Below, piece after piece: positions 34,453-42,441 of a DNA stretch of 43,034 nucleotides. The position numbers and the translations under genes are program-made. Position 1 is the first letter of the stretch. Every line of letters begins with the position of its first letter. Source of the DNA: an uncultured Pseudomonadales bacterium (GTDB lineage Bacteria; Pseudomonadota; Gammaproteobacteria; Pseudomonadales; Azotimanducaceae); assembly GCA_964445675.1 (NCBI GenBank), contig CAYUMA010000564.1, positions 1-43,034 on the forward strand, read 5' to 3'. Below the pieces are notes generated by a model. It made no database searches. It saw only the letters and a program-made list of their open reading frames with translations, and had not been told where the DNA came from.

Positions 34453-36497
34453 CAGAACAAATCCCTTTGCAGGCTCAGGAAAACGGAATGGAGATTGCGG
34501 GTCTGGTCGATATTCTGATCTTCCTGGCGGAGAAACCGGTATGTGGCATCGGCTCGCCAGACCCCATAGGACCACTCCCACGAAACGGAGGCCCCCTTGT
34601 CGACGGTGTCGACCGAAGTACCTTCGACCACATTGTATAGACCCGCGAGCTGCAACGTGCTGCGACCCCACAACTGCCATTGAAGATCGGTCCCGAAACC
34701 GTAAAAGGTCTCGTCGCTGTTGATGTCTTTGAAGGTCGTATCGCCATAGTAGGCCGAGGCGCTGAGGAAGGCCCTGCTCGACGGCTGGAATCGCAACGTC
34801 TCCTCGACGCGCCAGCGTTTCAACGAAACGCCAGCGGTTTGATCCGAATCTTCGAATAACGCCCGGGTGGTGCTCCAGTTCCACTGCAGGTCCGTGTCGA
34901 CGATATGTGTGGCCTCCTGGTTCAAGACATCCGGGGGCGTGCCGCCGCGGAATTCCTGGTCAGACTGAGTATAGAGATAAGCAAGACGCCAGGCGCCCCA
35001 CAGGTGAAATCCGCCGCCGTAACTCTGTGACGTGACGGCGTCGTCGAAGGCGGGAACACTCAGGAAGATGTAATCGACCAGAACTGTGTCGCCATCGGCG
35101 ATCGCCCCCAGCGGTATGCGGCTTATCCTGACCGAGGTCTCGATCAGCTCCAGCGTGTAGTCCAGGCCCACGCGGTACACACGGCTGCCATCGGCATTGG
35201 TGACCACAACACTGGCCAGGTCGACATTTTCGTTGTTTAGCAGCGTGATGCCCCCTGTGGTTAACACATGGATCTCATCGAATACCGGCACGACGACGCC
35301 ACCGAGGGCTCGATTAGTCACCCGATAGTCCTGCCCCATATTGGCGAAGATCATTCCGCCCGGAATGCTGCGCTGGTAATTGAAGTTGAGGGCCCCGCCA
35401 AGGCTATCTTCACCTTGGGAATCGGTGCTGCCGCTGATACCCGCGGTGGTCACCAGGTTTTCGTACAAGGAATGCGACATGCCGACGCCGGCGAGGGTGC
35501 GATCGATGCTCTGCGGGTCGTATTCATTCTGGCTGTTTTGCAGGCTGAATTTGTCCTGCGTGTACTGCAGGTTGTAGTTGGTGCTGAAATTGCTGCGATG
35601 CCGCCAGTTCAGATTCTCGGCCAGGGTGAGCCCGGAGTTACGCGTCTCGGTCACGGTGAGGCCGGCACTGGAGGTATTGATCTGCGACTCACGGTACGTA
35701 AGCAGTGAAGCGAGCGACACTTGGTTGTCCGGCTTGAACCAGGCGTTGTTCACCAAGCTGGCGAACAGGTTCTCGGTGTCGGTGGTTGCACCCAGGCTCG
35801 CGTAGTCCTGGGTCACGTGCGAGGCGTAGAGTCGGGTGTCATTCGTGGCGCGTTGATGTCGCATGTTCAGGCGAAACTCGTCGCGCTCTTGGTCCGAATC
35901 GTAAAAGCCGGTCTGTTGCGAGTTGCCGTGGGCGTAGGACAGGAGCGTAGGCAGCACCGGATACTCGAGCGTCACGCTCGCGCCGTAGGCATCGGTTTCG
36001 AAGTCCGAGCTTGGGGCCAGGCTGCTGGTCAGGTTCGAGTTCTGGCGTCGCGCGTAAAGATCCAGGGTGTAGGGCTTGAGCTCCAGCAGGGTTGCATCGA
36101 GACTGTAGCCCAGGTAGAACCTGTCGCCGCGCAGTTCGCTGCCGCGGTCGGGTTGGTCGCGCGTTTGCTGCCACTCCGGCGACAAGCGCAGGATGTAGGA
36201 CGCCACTTCGGGGTGGTAAAGCCAGCCTTCCGTTTCCGTGTCGAAGCGCTGGCGCAACTCCTCCAAATCGTACGCATCGTCAATGAAGGGTCCGGTCCGC
36301 TCTTCCGATTCAAGACGATAGGACAAATCGAGGCCCAGTTTCGGTCGGTCGATCGCTGATTGCTGGCCCATGTATTCGGCTTCGGCCGGTAGAGCAAGCA
36401 ACGCCACGCCAAACAGCAACAGGGAAAGCCTGGCGAACGACGACTGGCGTCGGTGCCACAGGTCAACGGTTGTCACAAGGCACTGCTTCATCACCAT
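34452..36497 (-). CDS. Large (681 aa) outer-membrane beta-barrel protein; candidate porin of a porin-cytochrome conduit
   Basis: Signal peptide ...LSLLLFGVALLALPAEA|EY. Dozens of alternating aromatic/hydrophilic strand-like segments. C-terminal OMP signature ...VFLSLQRDLF. The start (ATG 36497 or 36491) overlaps the stop of the upstream cytochrome gene. Confidence 0.7.
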   Translation of the reverse strand: MVMKQCLVTTVDLWHRRQSSFARLSLLLFGVALLALPAEAEYMGQQSAIDRPKLGLDLSYRLESEERTGPFIDDAYDLEELRQRFDTETEGWLYHPEVASYILRLSPEWQQTRDQPDRGSELRGDRFYLGYSLDATLLELKPYTLDLYARRQNSNLTSSLAPSSDFETDAYGASVTLEYPVLPTLLSYAHGNSQQTGFYDSDQERDEFRLNMRHQRATNDTRLYASHVTQDYASLGATTDTENLFASLVNNAWFKPDNQVSLASLLTYRESQINTSSAGLTVTETRNSGLTLAENLNWRHRSNFSTNYNLQYTQDKFSLQNSQNEYDPQSIDRTLAGVGMSHSLYENLVTTAGISGSTDSQGEDSLGGALNFNYQRSIPGGMIFANMGQDYRVTNRALGGVVVPVFDEIHVLTTGGITLLNNENVDLASVVVTNADGSRVYRVGLDYTLELIETSVRISRIPLGAIADGDTVLVDYIFLSVPAFDDAVTSQSYGGGFHLWGAWRLAYLYTQSDQEFRGGTPPDVLNQEATHIVDTDLQWNWSTTRALFEDSDQTAGVSLKRWRVEETLRFQPSSRAFLSASAYYGDTTFKDINSDETFYGFGTDLQWQLWGRSTLQLAGLYNVVEGTSVDTVDKGASVSWEWSYGVWRADATYRFLRQEDQNIDQTRNLHSVFLSLQRDLF

Positions 36498-37159
36498 GCA
36501 TCGGGATAGTTCGCCGTCAGCAGGCGCCTGTCCTTAGCCACGTGGACAGCGTGACAGGGGACGCAGTCCGTGCGGTCCTGGTGTTCCGGTAGTTTGCTGA
36601 GCGTGTCTTGCGCATGGCAGTCAGCGCACAGCGCGTCGGTCGGCATGGCCAGCATGTAGCGTTCGGGGCCAGCGTGCGCATTGTGGCACTGGGTGCAATT
36701 TCCCGTACTCACCGGGCCATGCACCCATAGGCCGGCCGCAACGGCATCGTCCGGTGAGGTGCCTTCATGGCACCCCGAACACAGTTCGCCCATGGGCGCG
36801 AGCTGCGCGCCCGACATACTGGCCACCTGCGTCCGGGCATCCTGCGCATCCAGCGTGCCGCCGGATCCCCCGAAGCCGCCGTTGGACGAGGTCTCGTGGC
36901 ACGCATCACATGCGTTCGCCGCATACGGCCCATGAGCGAAATTGGTCGAAACGACCACCAGGCCTCGCCTCTTGGCGGCGATGTCGATCACGGCCTCGGC
37001 GGGTGTCTGTTCCACTGACGTCGCACCCGGAAGCGCCACGCCAGTGAAGAAGAAAGTCAGGACCTTGTGGCGGGCGGCAGGACTGCTGCAACCGGCGATG
37101 CCGATCAGGACCAGGCCGCCGGCCAGCGACAACAGCAATGTCCTACGTGTGTTGCGCAT
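36491..37159 (-). CDS. Pentahaem c-type cytochrome lipoprotein
   Basis: Lipobox LVLIGIAGC|SS. Five CXXCH: CDACH, CSGCH, CTQCH, CADCH, CVPCH. Confidence 0.85.
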   Translation of the reverse strand: MRNTRRTLLLSLAGGLVLIGIAGCSSPAARHKVLTFFFTGVALPGATSVEQTPAEAVIDIAAKRRGLVVVSTNFAHGPYAANACDACHETSSNGGFGGSGGTLDAQDARTQVASMSGAQLAPMGELCSGCHEGTSPDDAVAAGLWVHGPVSTGNCTQCHNAHAGPERYMLAMPTDALCADCHAQDTLSKLPEHQDRTDCVPCHAVHVAKDRRLLTANYPDAW

Positions 37160-37198
37160 GTCGGATGGCCGCCCTTCGCTTGACTACCACGTTCCTGC

Positions 37199-38329
37199 CT
37201 ATTTCCGGTCTTCGGCGCCCGCGGCGTCCGGCGCCGTGAACGCGGGCATTCGCTCGGTCGCCGGCAGGGGCGCCCCGATCCACTCGCCGAAGCCGTAGAC
37301 ATTCACCTTCTTGGACCCCAGGAGGTTGCCGACATAGACCAGGTAGTCGATTTTGAAATCCCTGTCGACGAACTGGCTGAAGTAGCCCACGTTGGTGTAG
37401 TCGATGTGCACTGCGCTGGGCAGGTACATGCTGCCGGTGTGGGGGCCGTAGCCGCCGAAAAACAGCAGCAGGTCAGTCGATTCGGGATCAAAGATCTGGA
37501 CGTTCTCGAAGGCCGCATCCACGCCATAGACATAGCCAGACCGGTCCACGGCGATGCCCTTGGGGCGGGCGAAGCCGCCCAGAGTGTCGCCCTGGTAGCC
37601 AAAGTGCTTGACGTAGTTGCCCTGGGAGTCGAGTTTCTGGATGCGGAAATTAAAGGAGTCGGTGACGTACACATTGCCCACGCTGTCGACTTTGACGTGC
37701 GTGGGCCGGTTGAAATGGCCCGCTTCGGCGCCGGCGCTGCCGATGGTCCGAATGGTCTCGCCGCTGACTCGATCCAACACCACTACCGCCGATTTGGCGA
37801 AGTCGGCCACATACACGCGGTCCTGGTACACCGCCACATCCATTGGCCGCTCGAGCTGCCCGGCCGCGCCGTAAGCCCTCACGAATTGGTTGGCACTGTC
37901 GAACAGCAGAATCTGCTTGCGTCCCGCATCCGCTATGTATTTCAGGTCATCCTCCGTCACGCAGATGCCCATGGGGTCGTCAAGGGCCCCCTCGCGGTCG
38001 TCCTGGATGAAATCCAGCCGCTTGCCGGCCAGGTCGACGATCAGGATTTTTTTGAAGGTGCGATCGAGAACGTAGATCCTGCCGTTGGTCGAGGCGATGG
38101 CTTGCGGCCGGGCGATCTGTTTCAGCGACCGGCCCTGGCCGATCAGCCAGTCCTTCAAGCCGGAGAAGGGCTTGCCGCCGATGTCCTCCTCGGTGCTGAT
38201 GGCTTGCAGGAACTGCAGTTTCGGGGATACCGGCAGAGCCGGGAAAAACGCGGGCGCCGTTCGCTCCGGGGTGCCGGCGCAGCCGGCCAACGCCGCGACG
38301 GCGCAGGCAACCAACAAGACTCTGTTCAT
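37199..38329 (-). CDS. NHL-repeat beta-propeller lipoprotein (paralog 2)
   Basis: ATGA overlap with the upstream cytochrome gene. Lipobox AVAALAGC|AG. NHL repeats PTHVKVDSVGNVYVTDSFNFRIQKL and PKGIAVDRSGYVYGVDAAFENVQIFD are clearly paralogous to 33394-34452. Confidence 0.85.
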   Translation of the reverse strand: MNRVLLVACAVAALAGCAGTPERTAPAFFPALPVSPKLQFLQAISTEEDIGGKPFSGLKDWLIGQGRSLKQIARPQAIASTNGRIYVLDRTFKKILIVDLAGKRLDFIQDDREGALDDPMGICVTEDDLKYIADAGRKQILLFDSANQFVRAYGAAGQLERPMDVAVYQDRVYVADFAKSAVVVLDRVSGETIRTIGSAGAEAGHFNRPTHVKVDSVGNVYVTDSFNFRIQKLDSQGNYVKHFGYQGDTLGGFARPKGIAVDRSGYVYGVDAAFENVQIFDPESTDLLLFFGGYGPHTGSMYLPSAVHIDYTNVGYFSQFVDRDFKIDYLVYVGNLLGSKKVNVYGFGEWIGAPLPATERMPAFTAPDAAGAEDRK

Positions 38330-39423
38330 GGTCCGGGTCCTTCCAAGGCTTCGTCGTTCGCGGCGAGCCGCGCGTTCGGCCGATCGCCCTGCTGCGCTTG
38401 CTTTGCCTTCTCCGGATCCGTCTTGCAGGCGAGCCGCAACTCCTCGGCCGTGGCATCACTGCCTTGGCGCGGCGTGGTGCGCAGGGTGACGGGCTCGGGC
38501 TGGCAGCGATCGTATTTGACGGGACTGTGGCAGCTGCCGGCGCAGCTGCCGCCGTTCTCGGTCTTTGCGAATTGGAGCGGCAGTGTCCGGTTGCCGAACC
38601 GGAATCCCTCGACGACCAGACGTTCCTGGGCGGATCCGTGCGCGGCGTGACAGGTGCCGCAGGTGCGACCCTTTTCACGGTTGACGTGCCGAAAATGCAG
38701 ATTGAGGTTGCCGTTGCGAAAACGCGTGTCGCTCAGGGTCCGTGGCTCGGCGAATGCCGTGCTGACATGACAGCTGAAGCACAGCCTGTAGGCGTAGGCA
38801 TCGTAGCGGGCGTATAAACTATCCGGGTAGGCCTCGCTCAACAGTCGCGGGCTGTCAGACGCATGCGGCAGATGACACTCGGTGCACTCACCCCTGGCGA
38901 AGGGCGGATGGAGCCGGGCCTGTTCGCTCTCGAACACCCGCTTGGTCGCCGGAAGGGGGTGGCCCTGGGGGTCGCTCACGGCGCTGTCGTGACAGGTGAA
39001 GCACTGTTCGGGTGCGTCTTGCTTCAACAGGCCGGCGAATGCCGACTGGTGCGGGTCATGGCAAGCGGTGCACTGGCCTTCGGCCACCGGACCGTGCACC
39101 ACTTTGCCCTGGAACGCGTCCTCGTCATGGCAGTCTATGCACAATTCGGCAGACTTCTTCGGCGTTGGCTGGAAGGCGTGCCGGTTCACCTCGGTGGGCT
39201 TGTGGCAATCGGTGCAGCGGGTGCCGGTCTTGGCGGGCTTGTGCACATAGGCCTGGGTGCCAAACTCCTGATGGCATGATTCCATACAGGAGGCTTCGGT
39301 ATCGATAGGTTCGAGCGGCGGTGCGGCGGCGGCATCGAGCCACATCAGCGAAAACGACAGCGCGGCGGCCATCCGTATGACTCGGGCGCGGGGCACGGGG
39401 TGGGCGTGGTGTCGATCAATCAT
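38326..39423 (-). CDS. Multihaem c-type cytochrome with 9 sites (7 CXXCH + 2 CX3CH), c7/c3-like repeats and a disordered C-terminal tail
   Basis: Start at ATG 39423 (MIDRHH...RVIRMAAALSFSLMWLDAAAA signal). Motifs: CMESCH, CTDCH, CIDCH, CTACH, CFTCH, CTECH, CFSCH, CGTCH, CAGSCH. Confidence 0.85.
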   Translation of the reverse strand: MIDRHHAHPVPRARVIRMAAALSFSLMWLDAAAAPPLEPIDTEASCMESCHQEFGTQAYVHKPAKTGTRCTDCHKPTEVNRHAFQPTPKKSAELCIDCHDEDAFQGKVVHGPVAEGQCTACHDPHQSAFAGLLKQDAPEQCFTCHDSAVSDPQGHPLPATKRVFESEQARLHPPFARGECTECHLPHASDSPRLLSEAYPDSLYARYDAYAYRLCFSCHVSTAFAEPRTLSDTRFRNGNLNLHFRHVNREKGRTCGTCHAAHGSAQERLVVEGFRFGNRTLPLQFAKTENGGSCAGSCHSPVKYDRCQPEPVTLRTTPRQGSDATAEELRLACKTDPEKAKQAQQGDRPNARLAANDEALEGPGP

Positions 39424-39685
39424 GCGCGGTGTACTTCCCTGTCCCGCATCGCACTGCACGTTCTGGGTGTTGCGGATTGCCCCGACCTTGCGGATCGGTG
39501 ATCCGGGGTACAGGATCCCCCAACCCGGCGCCGGGTTCAGTTAAATCGGTCCCAGTTTGAACAACAGGGGTCTGCGGTACGAGCGCGGGAGACTGGGGTC
39601 GGACCACCCGGGCCAGCGGCGCCCCCGACGGCGGCAGTCCCGCGAGCTACGCGATGATCCTGTCGATACCGACCCCGTAACAAGA

Positions 39686-39708
39686 GGAGGGGGTGAATCG
39701 CCCCCTCC
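39686..39708 (-). terminator. Intrinsic-terminator/attenuator-like hairpin just downstream of the tetrahaem cytochrome gene
   Basis: ggaggggg (39686-39693) pairs with ccccctcc (39701-39708), 7-nt loop. On the transcribed (-) strand it is followed by TCTTGTT. It lies 28 nt after the stop at 39736. Confidence 0.45.
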
Positions 39709-39735
39709 ACTCCTTCTCCCGCACGCGCGGAGCGC

Positions 39736-40503
39736 CTACTTGATATGGCAGGTCAGGCACATGCCGGAGGGGACACCGCCCTGCGCTGTAGTCTGTGCTT
39801 GCCTCAGCATGTGTGAAAGTGGCGCGATGTTGGTACTGTGAACATCATGGCAGGTCGAACACTGAACCTTGTTGCTGTCCAGCGTGGAGGCCACGGTCCG
39901 GCCGCCGATCCAGGTGGCGACGGACGGGTCGTTGAACTGCGTGCCAATCTCGCCGGCCGGGAATTGGATGGAAATGGGGTGGGTGCCGCGCAGGTCGAGG
40001 TTGGCGCCGTTCAAAAACCCGGGGACCTTGTAATCGGACTCGTAACCCGCCGCTGAATCGTCGAACCAGATCGTACCGCCGGCATACTTGTCGAACGTGT
40101 CGATGGCCACCGTGCCGTCGTGACAGCCCAGGCACAGCTTGGAGGTGCCGTCCGGCTGGGCCGACTGCACGCCGGTCAGGGTCGAACTGTGGGCATTGTC
40201 GTACATCGTGTAGGTGGCGCTGCTCAGGGCGTGGTTCCATAGCAGCCCGAACGCGTAGCGCTGCGTGGCCCTCAAATGATCGTGTGGCACATGGCAGGTG
40301 CGGCAGATTTCGTTGCGTGCATTCCACGCTTCACTGGTGGCAACTCCGGGCCCTGAATTGCCTTCCCGGCCCTTGATGCTATCGGTGAAGTCATGGGAGC
40401 TGCCGACGATGCCGGCCCCGGCGATCCCACTCAACCCCATCCCGAGGGCCAGTACCAGCACCCTTCCCAAGCCGCGCAGTCTATGTTGCATGTGCATATT
40501 CAT
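39736..40503 (-). CDS. Tetrahaem c-type cytochrome (256 aa precursor), doubled-CXXCH/OmcS-like module
   Basis: ATG 40503 is preceded by GGGGGA. Signal peptide MNMHMQHRLRGLGRVLVLALGMGLSGIAGAG. CRTCH, CLGCH, CSTCH, CLTCH. SSHDF...CRTCHVPH...SKLCLGCHDGTVAI parallels the N-terminus of the 12-site cytochrome. The track ORF start at 40770 was rejected. Confidence 0.85.
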   Translation of the reverse strand: MNMHMQHRLRGLGRVLVLALGMGLSGIAGAGIVGSSHDFTDSIKGREGNSGPGVATSEAWNARNEICRTCHVPHDHLRATQRYAFGLLWNHALSSATYTMYDNAHSSTLTGVQSAQPDGTSKLCLGCHDGTVAIDTFDKYAGGTIWFDDSAAGYESDYKVPGFLNGANLDLRGTHPISIQFPAGEIGTQFNDPSVATWIGGRTVASTLDSNKVQCSTCHDVHSTNIAPLSHMLRQAQTTAQGGVPSGMCLTCHIK

Positions 40504-41127
40504 TTCCCCCGGTTGCTTCTTTGACTTTCTCACGGATACTTGATACCGATTGTTCGTCGACCGCGCTATTCGGTTGACACCTGACCGTGATTGGGGGGCG
40601 GACCCGATGGGGCAAACCCGCACTCGGTACAGGGATACCCTTATTGCAAGGCTGAGGCCCCGTACCCGGGGCCAAGTCTCATTCTTGCTGGAAAATTTGC
40701 GGCGGGATGCGGTTGTTGGTGGCGTTGATGTTGTTTGTTCCTTGAAGTGTTCGTCCAGCTCGCTTCTCAAGTCGGCGATCGGAGGCCGTTCGAATTCGTT
40801 GATTACCGCACGCTGTTAAGTTTTTCTGGCCGGATCAGCGACATGAGCTTCAACAGCGCGCTTCGCCGAATGCGTGCGGGATGACTTTCGTGCGCCGACG
40901 TTATTCGCCAGACAAGCGTTCGGCACGGGCGAGAGCGCAACCAGTTTCGCCAGCCGTTCGTCGCCGGGCTCGGCAGCTGCTCCAGGTCATTCGACTCGGC
41001 ATCACGCAACAAAAGGCCGCGCGCGGCACTCGCGCGAGTCAGAGGATTTCATGTAGTTCCAAACCGCTTCGGCCATTTGCGGACGCCGTGCGGAATTTCT
41101 CCGGGGCGTCGACGGTGGTCCGCTGTG

Positions 41128-42414
41128 CTACAAGGCGAACATTTCGCTGGTGATGGATTTGTACCAGCCGGCCGCGTGCTCCGCCTCCTTCAGGCGGATA
41201 CGCTTGATCGCCGCGGGGTCGCTGGTGCCATTAGCCACCGCCACAATCCTGCCGTTGGTCAACTGGTACGCGCCCGCTTCCGAAACGGCGTACTTGGGGC
41301 TCACGAGGCTGTAGATAGCCGTGTTGTATGTCGCCGGCGGCAGCGTACCGCCGTTGAAACTAGCGGCGACCGCAGCCGCGCAGGTTTTCCCCTCGACGTT
41401 CGCGGCAAATCCGGTCTTGGGCAAGTCGCCGGCCACGCACGCGTCGCCAATGACATAGATGCGTTTCTGACGCGTGGATTCAAATGTGCGCTGATCCACC
41501 GGGCACCAGCCATCGCTATCGGTAAGACCGGCAACGCCTGCAATTTCGGCAGCATGTTGCGGGGGAATCAGATTGACCACCGCGCCTGGATGGGCGTCGC
41601 CATTTTTCGTGTAGAGGATGCGGCCGGCGACATCCACTCGTGAAACCTCGCCGGCGACGCCACCGATGCGCTCGATCATGCCCGGGTACAGATCGGCCCA
41701 CGCCTTGCGGAACAACTCGAGCTTCGGCTCATCGTCGTTCGCATCGAGCAGCAGCACTTTGGATTTTGGTTTACTGAAGGAGAGGTAGTAAGCGATGAGG
41801 CTGGCTCTTTCCAGCGCGGCGGGCGGCGCGCGAAACGGCTTGCGCGGTACGGCGATGACGACGACGCCGCCATCGGCCATGTCCTGCAGTTGCTTTCGCA
41901 GAATTTCCGTCTGTTTACCCCCCATCCAGGCATGTGGAATCGTGGCGCTGGCCGCTTCCGAGTGGCCCTCGATGCGATCCCACAGAAACTGGATGCCGGT
42001 CGCAAACACCAAACGGTCATAGGGTAGCGTGCCCCCACTCTGCAACTGCACGGTGGACGAGGCGATATCCAAGGCCGTGACCCGATCGTGGACGACCGTA
42101 CAGCCGGTATGTCGCTTGAGCGACTCATAGTCATACGTGATGAACTGCATGTCGTTGAGACCGGCAAGCACCGTATTGCTGAACGGGCAGGTGACGAATT
42201 GGGTCTTGGGTTCAACCAGAGTGATCGCCAGCCGCGGGGCGTAGCGGTACAGATAGTTGCAACAGACGGCCCCCGCAAATCCGCCGCCGACTACGACCAC
42301 CCGACCCGTCGCGCTTCCGTAAAGCGGCGCGATCGATCCGAGGGTCGCCGCTACCGCGGTGACGCCTGTTGCGGCCAGCCGCCGCGCGAATTCACGCCGA
42401 GTGAGTTGCTTCAC
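41128..42414 (-). CDS. fccB: Flavocytochrome c sulfide dehydrogenase flavoprotein subunit (FCSD/FccB-like), Tat-exported
   Basis: Twin-arginine signal VKQLTRREFARRLAATGV. FAD fold VVVVGGGFAGA. FCSD-like body. GTG 42414 has GGAGG 4 nt upstream and is preferred over the track start at 42432. Confidence 0.75.
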   Translation of the reverse strand: MKQLTRREFARRLAATGVTAVAATLGSIAPLYGSATGRVVVVGGGFAGAVCCNYLYRYAPRLAITLVEPKTQFVTCPFSNTVLAGLNDMQFITYDYESLKRHTGCTVVHDRVTALDIASSTVQLQSGGTLPYDRLVFATGIQFLWDRIEGHSEAASATIPHAWMGGKQTEILRKQLQDMADGGVVVIAVPRKPFRAPPAALERASLIAYYLSFSKPKSKVLLLDANDDEPKLELFRKAWADLYPGMIERIGGVAGEVSRVDVAGRILYTKNGDAHPGAVVNLIPPQHAAEIAGVAGLTDSDGWCPVDQRTFESTRQKRIYVIGDACVAGDLPKTGFAANVEGKTCAAAVAASFNGGTLPPATYNTAIYSLVSPKYAVSEAGAYQLTNGRIVAVANGTSDPAAIKRIRLKEAEHAAGWYKSITSEMFAL

Positions 42415-42441
42415 GGCACCTCCACCTCGCACGGCCGTTCG

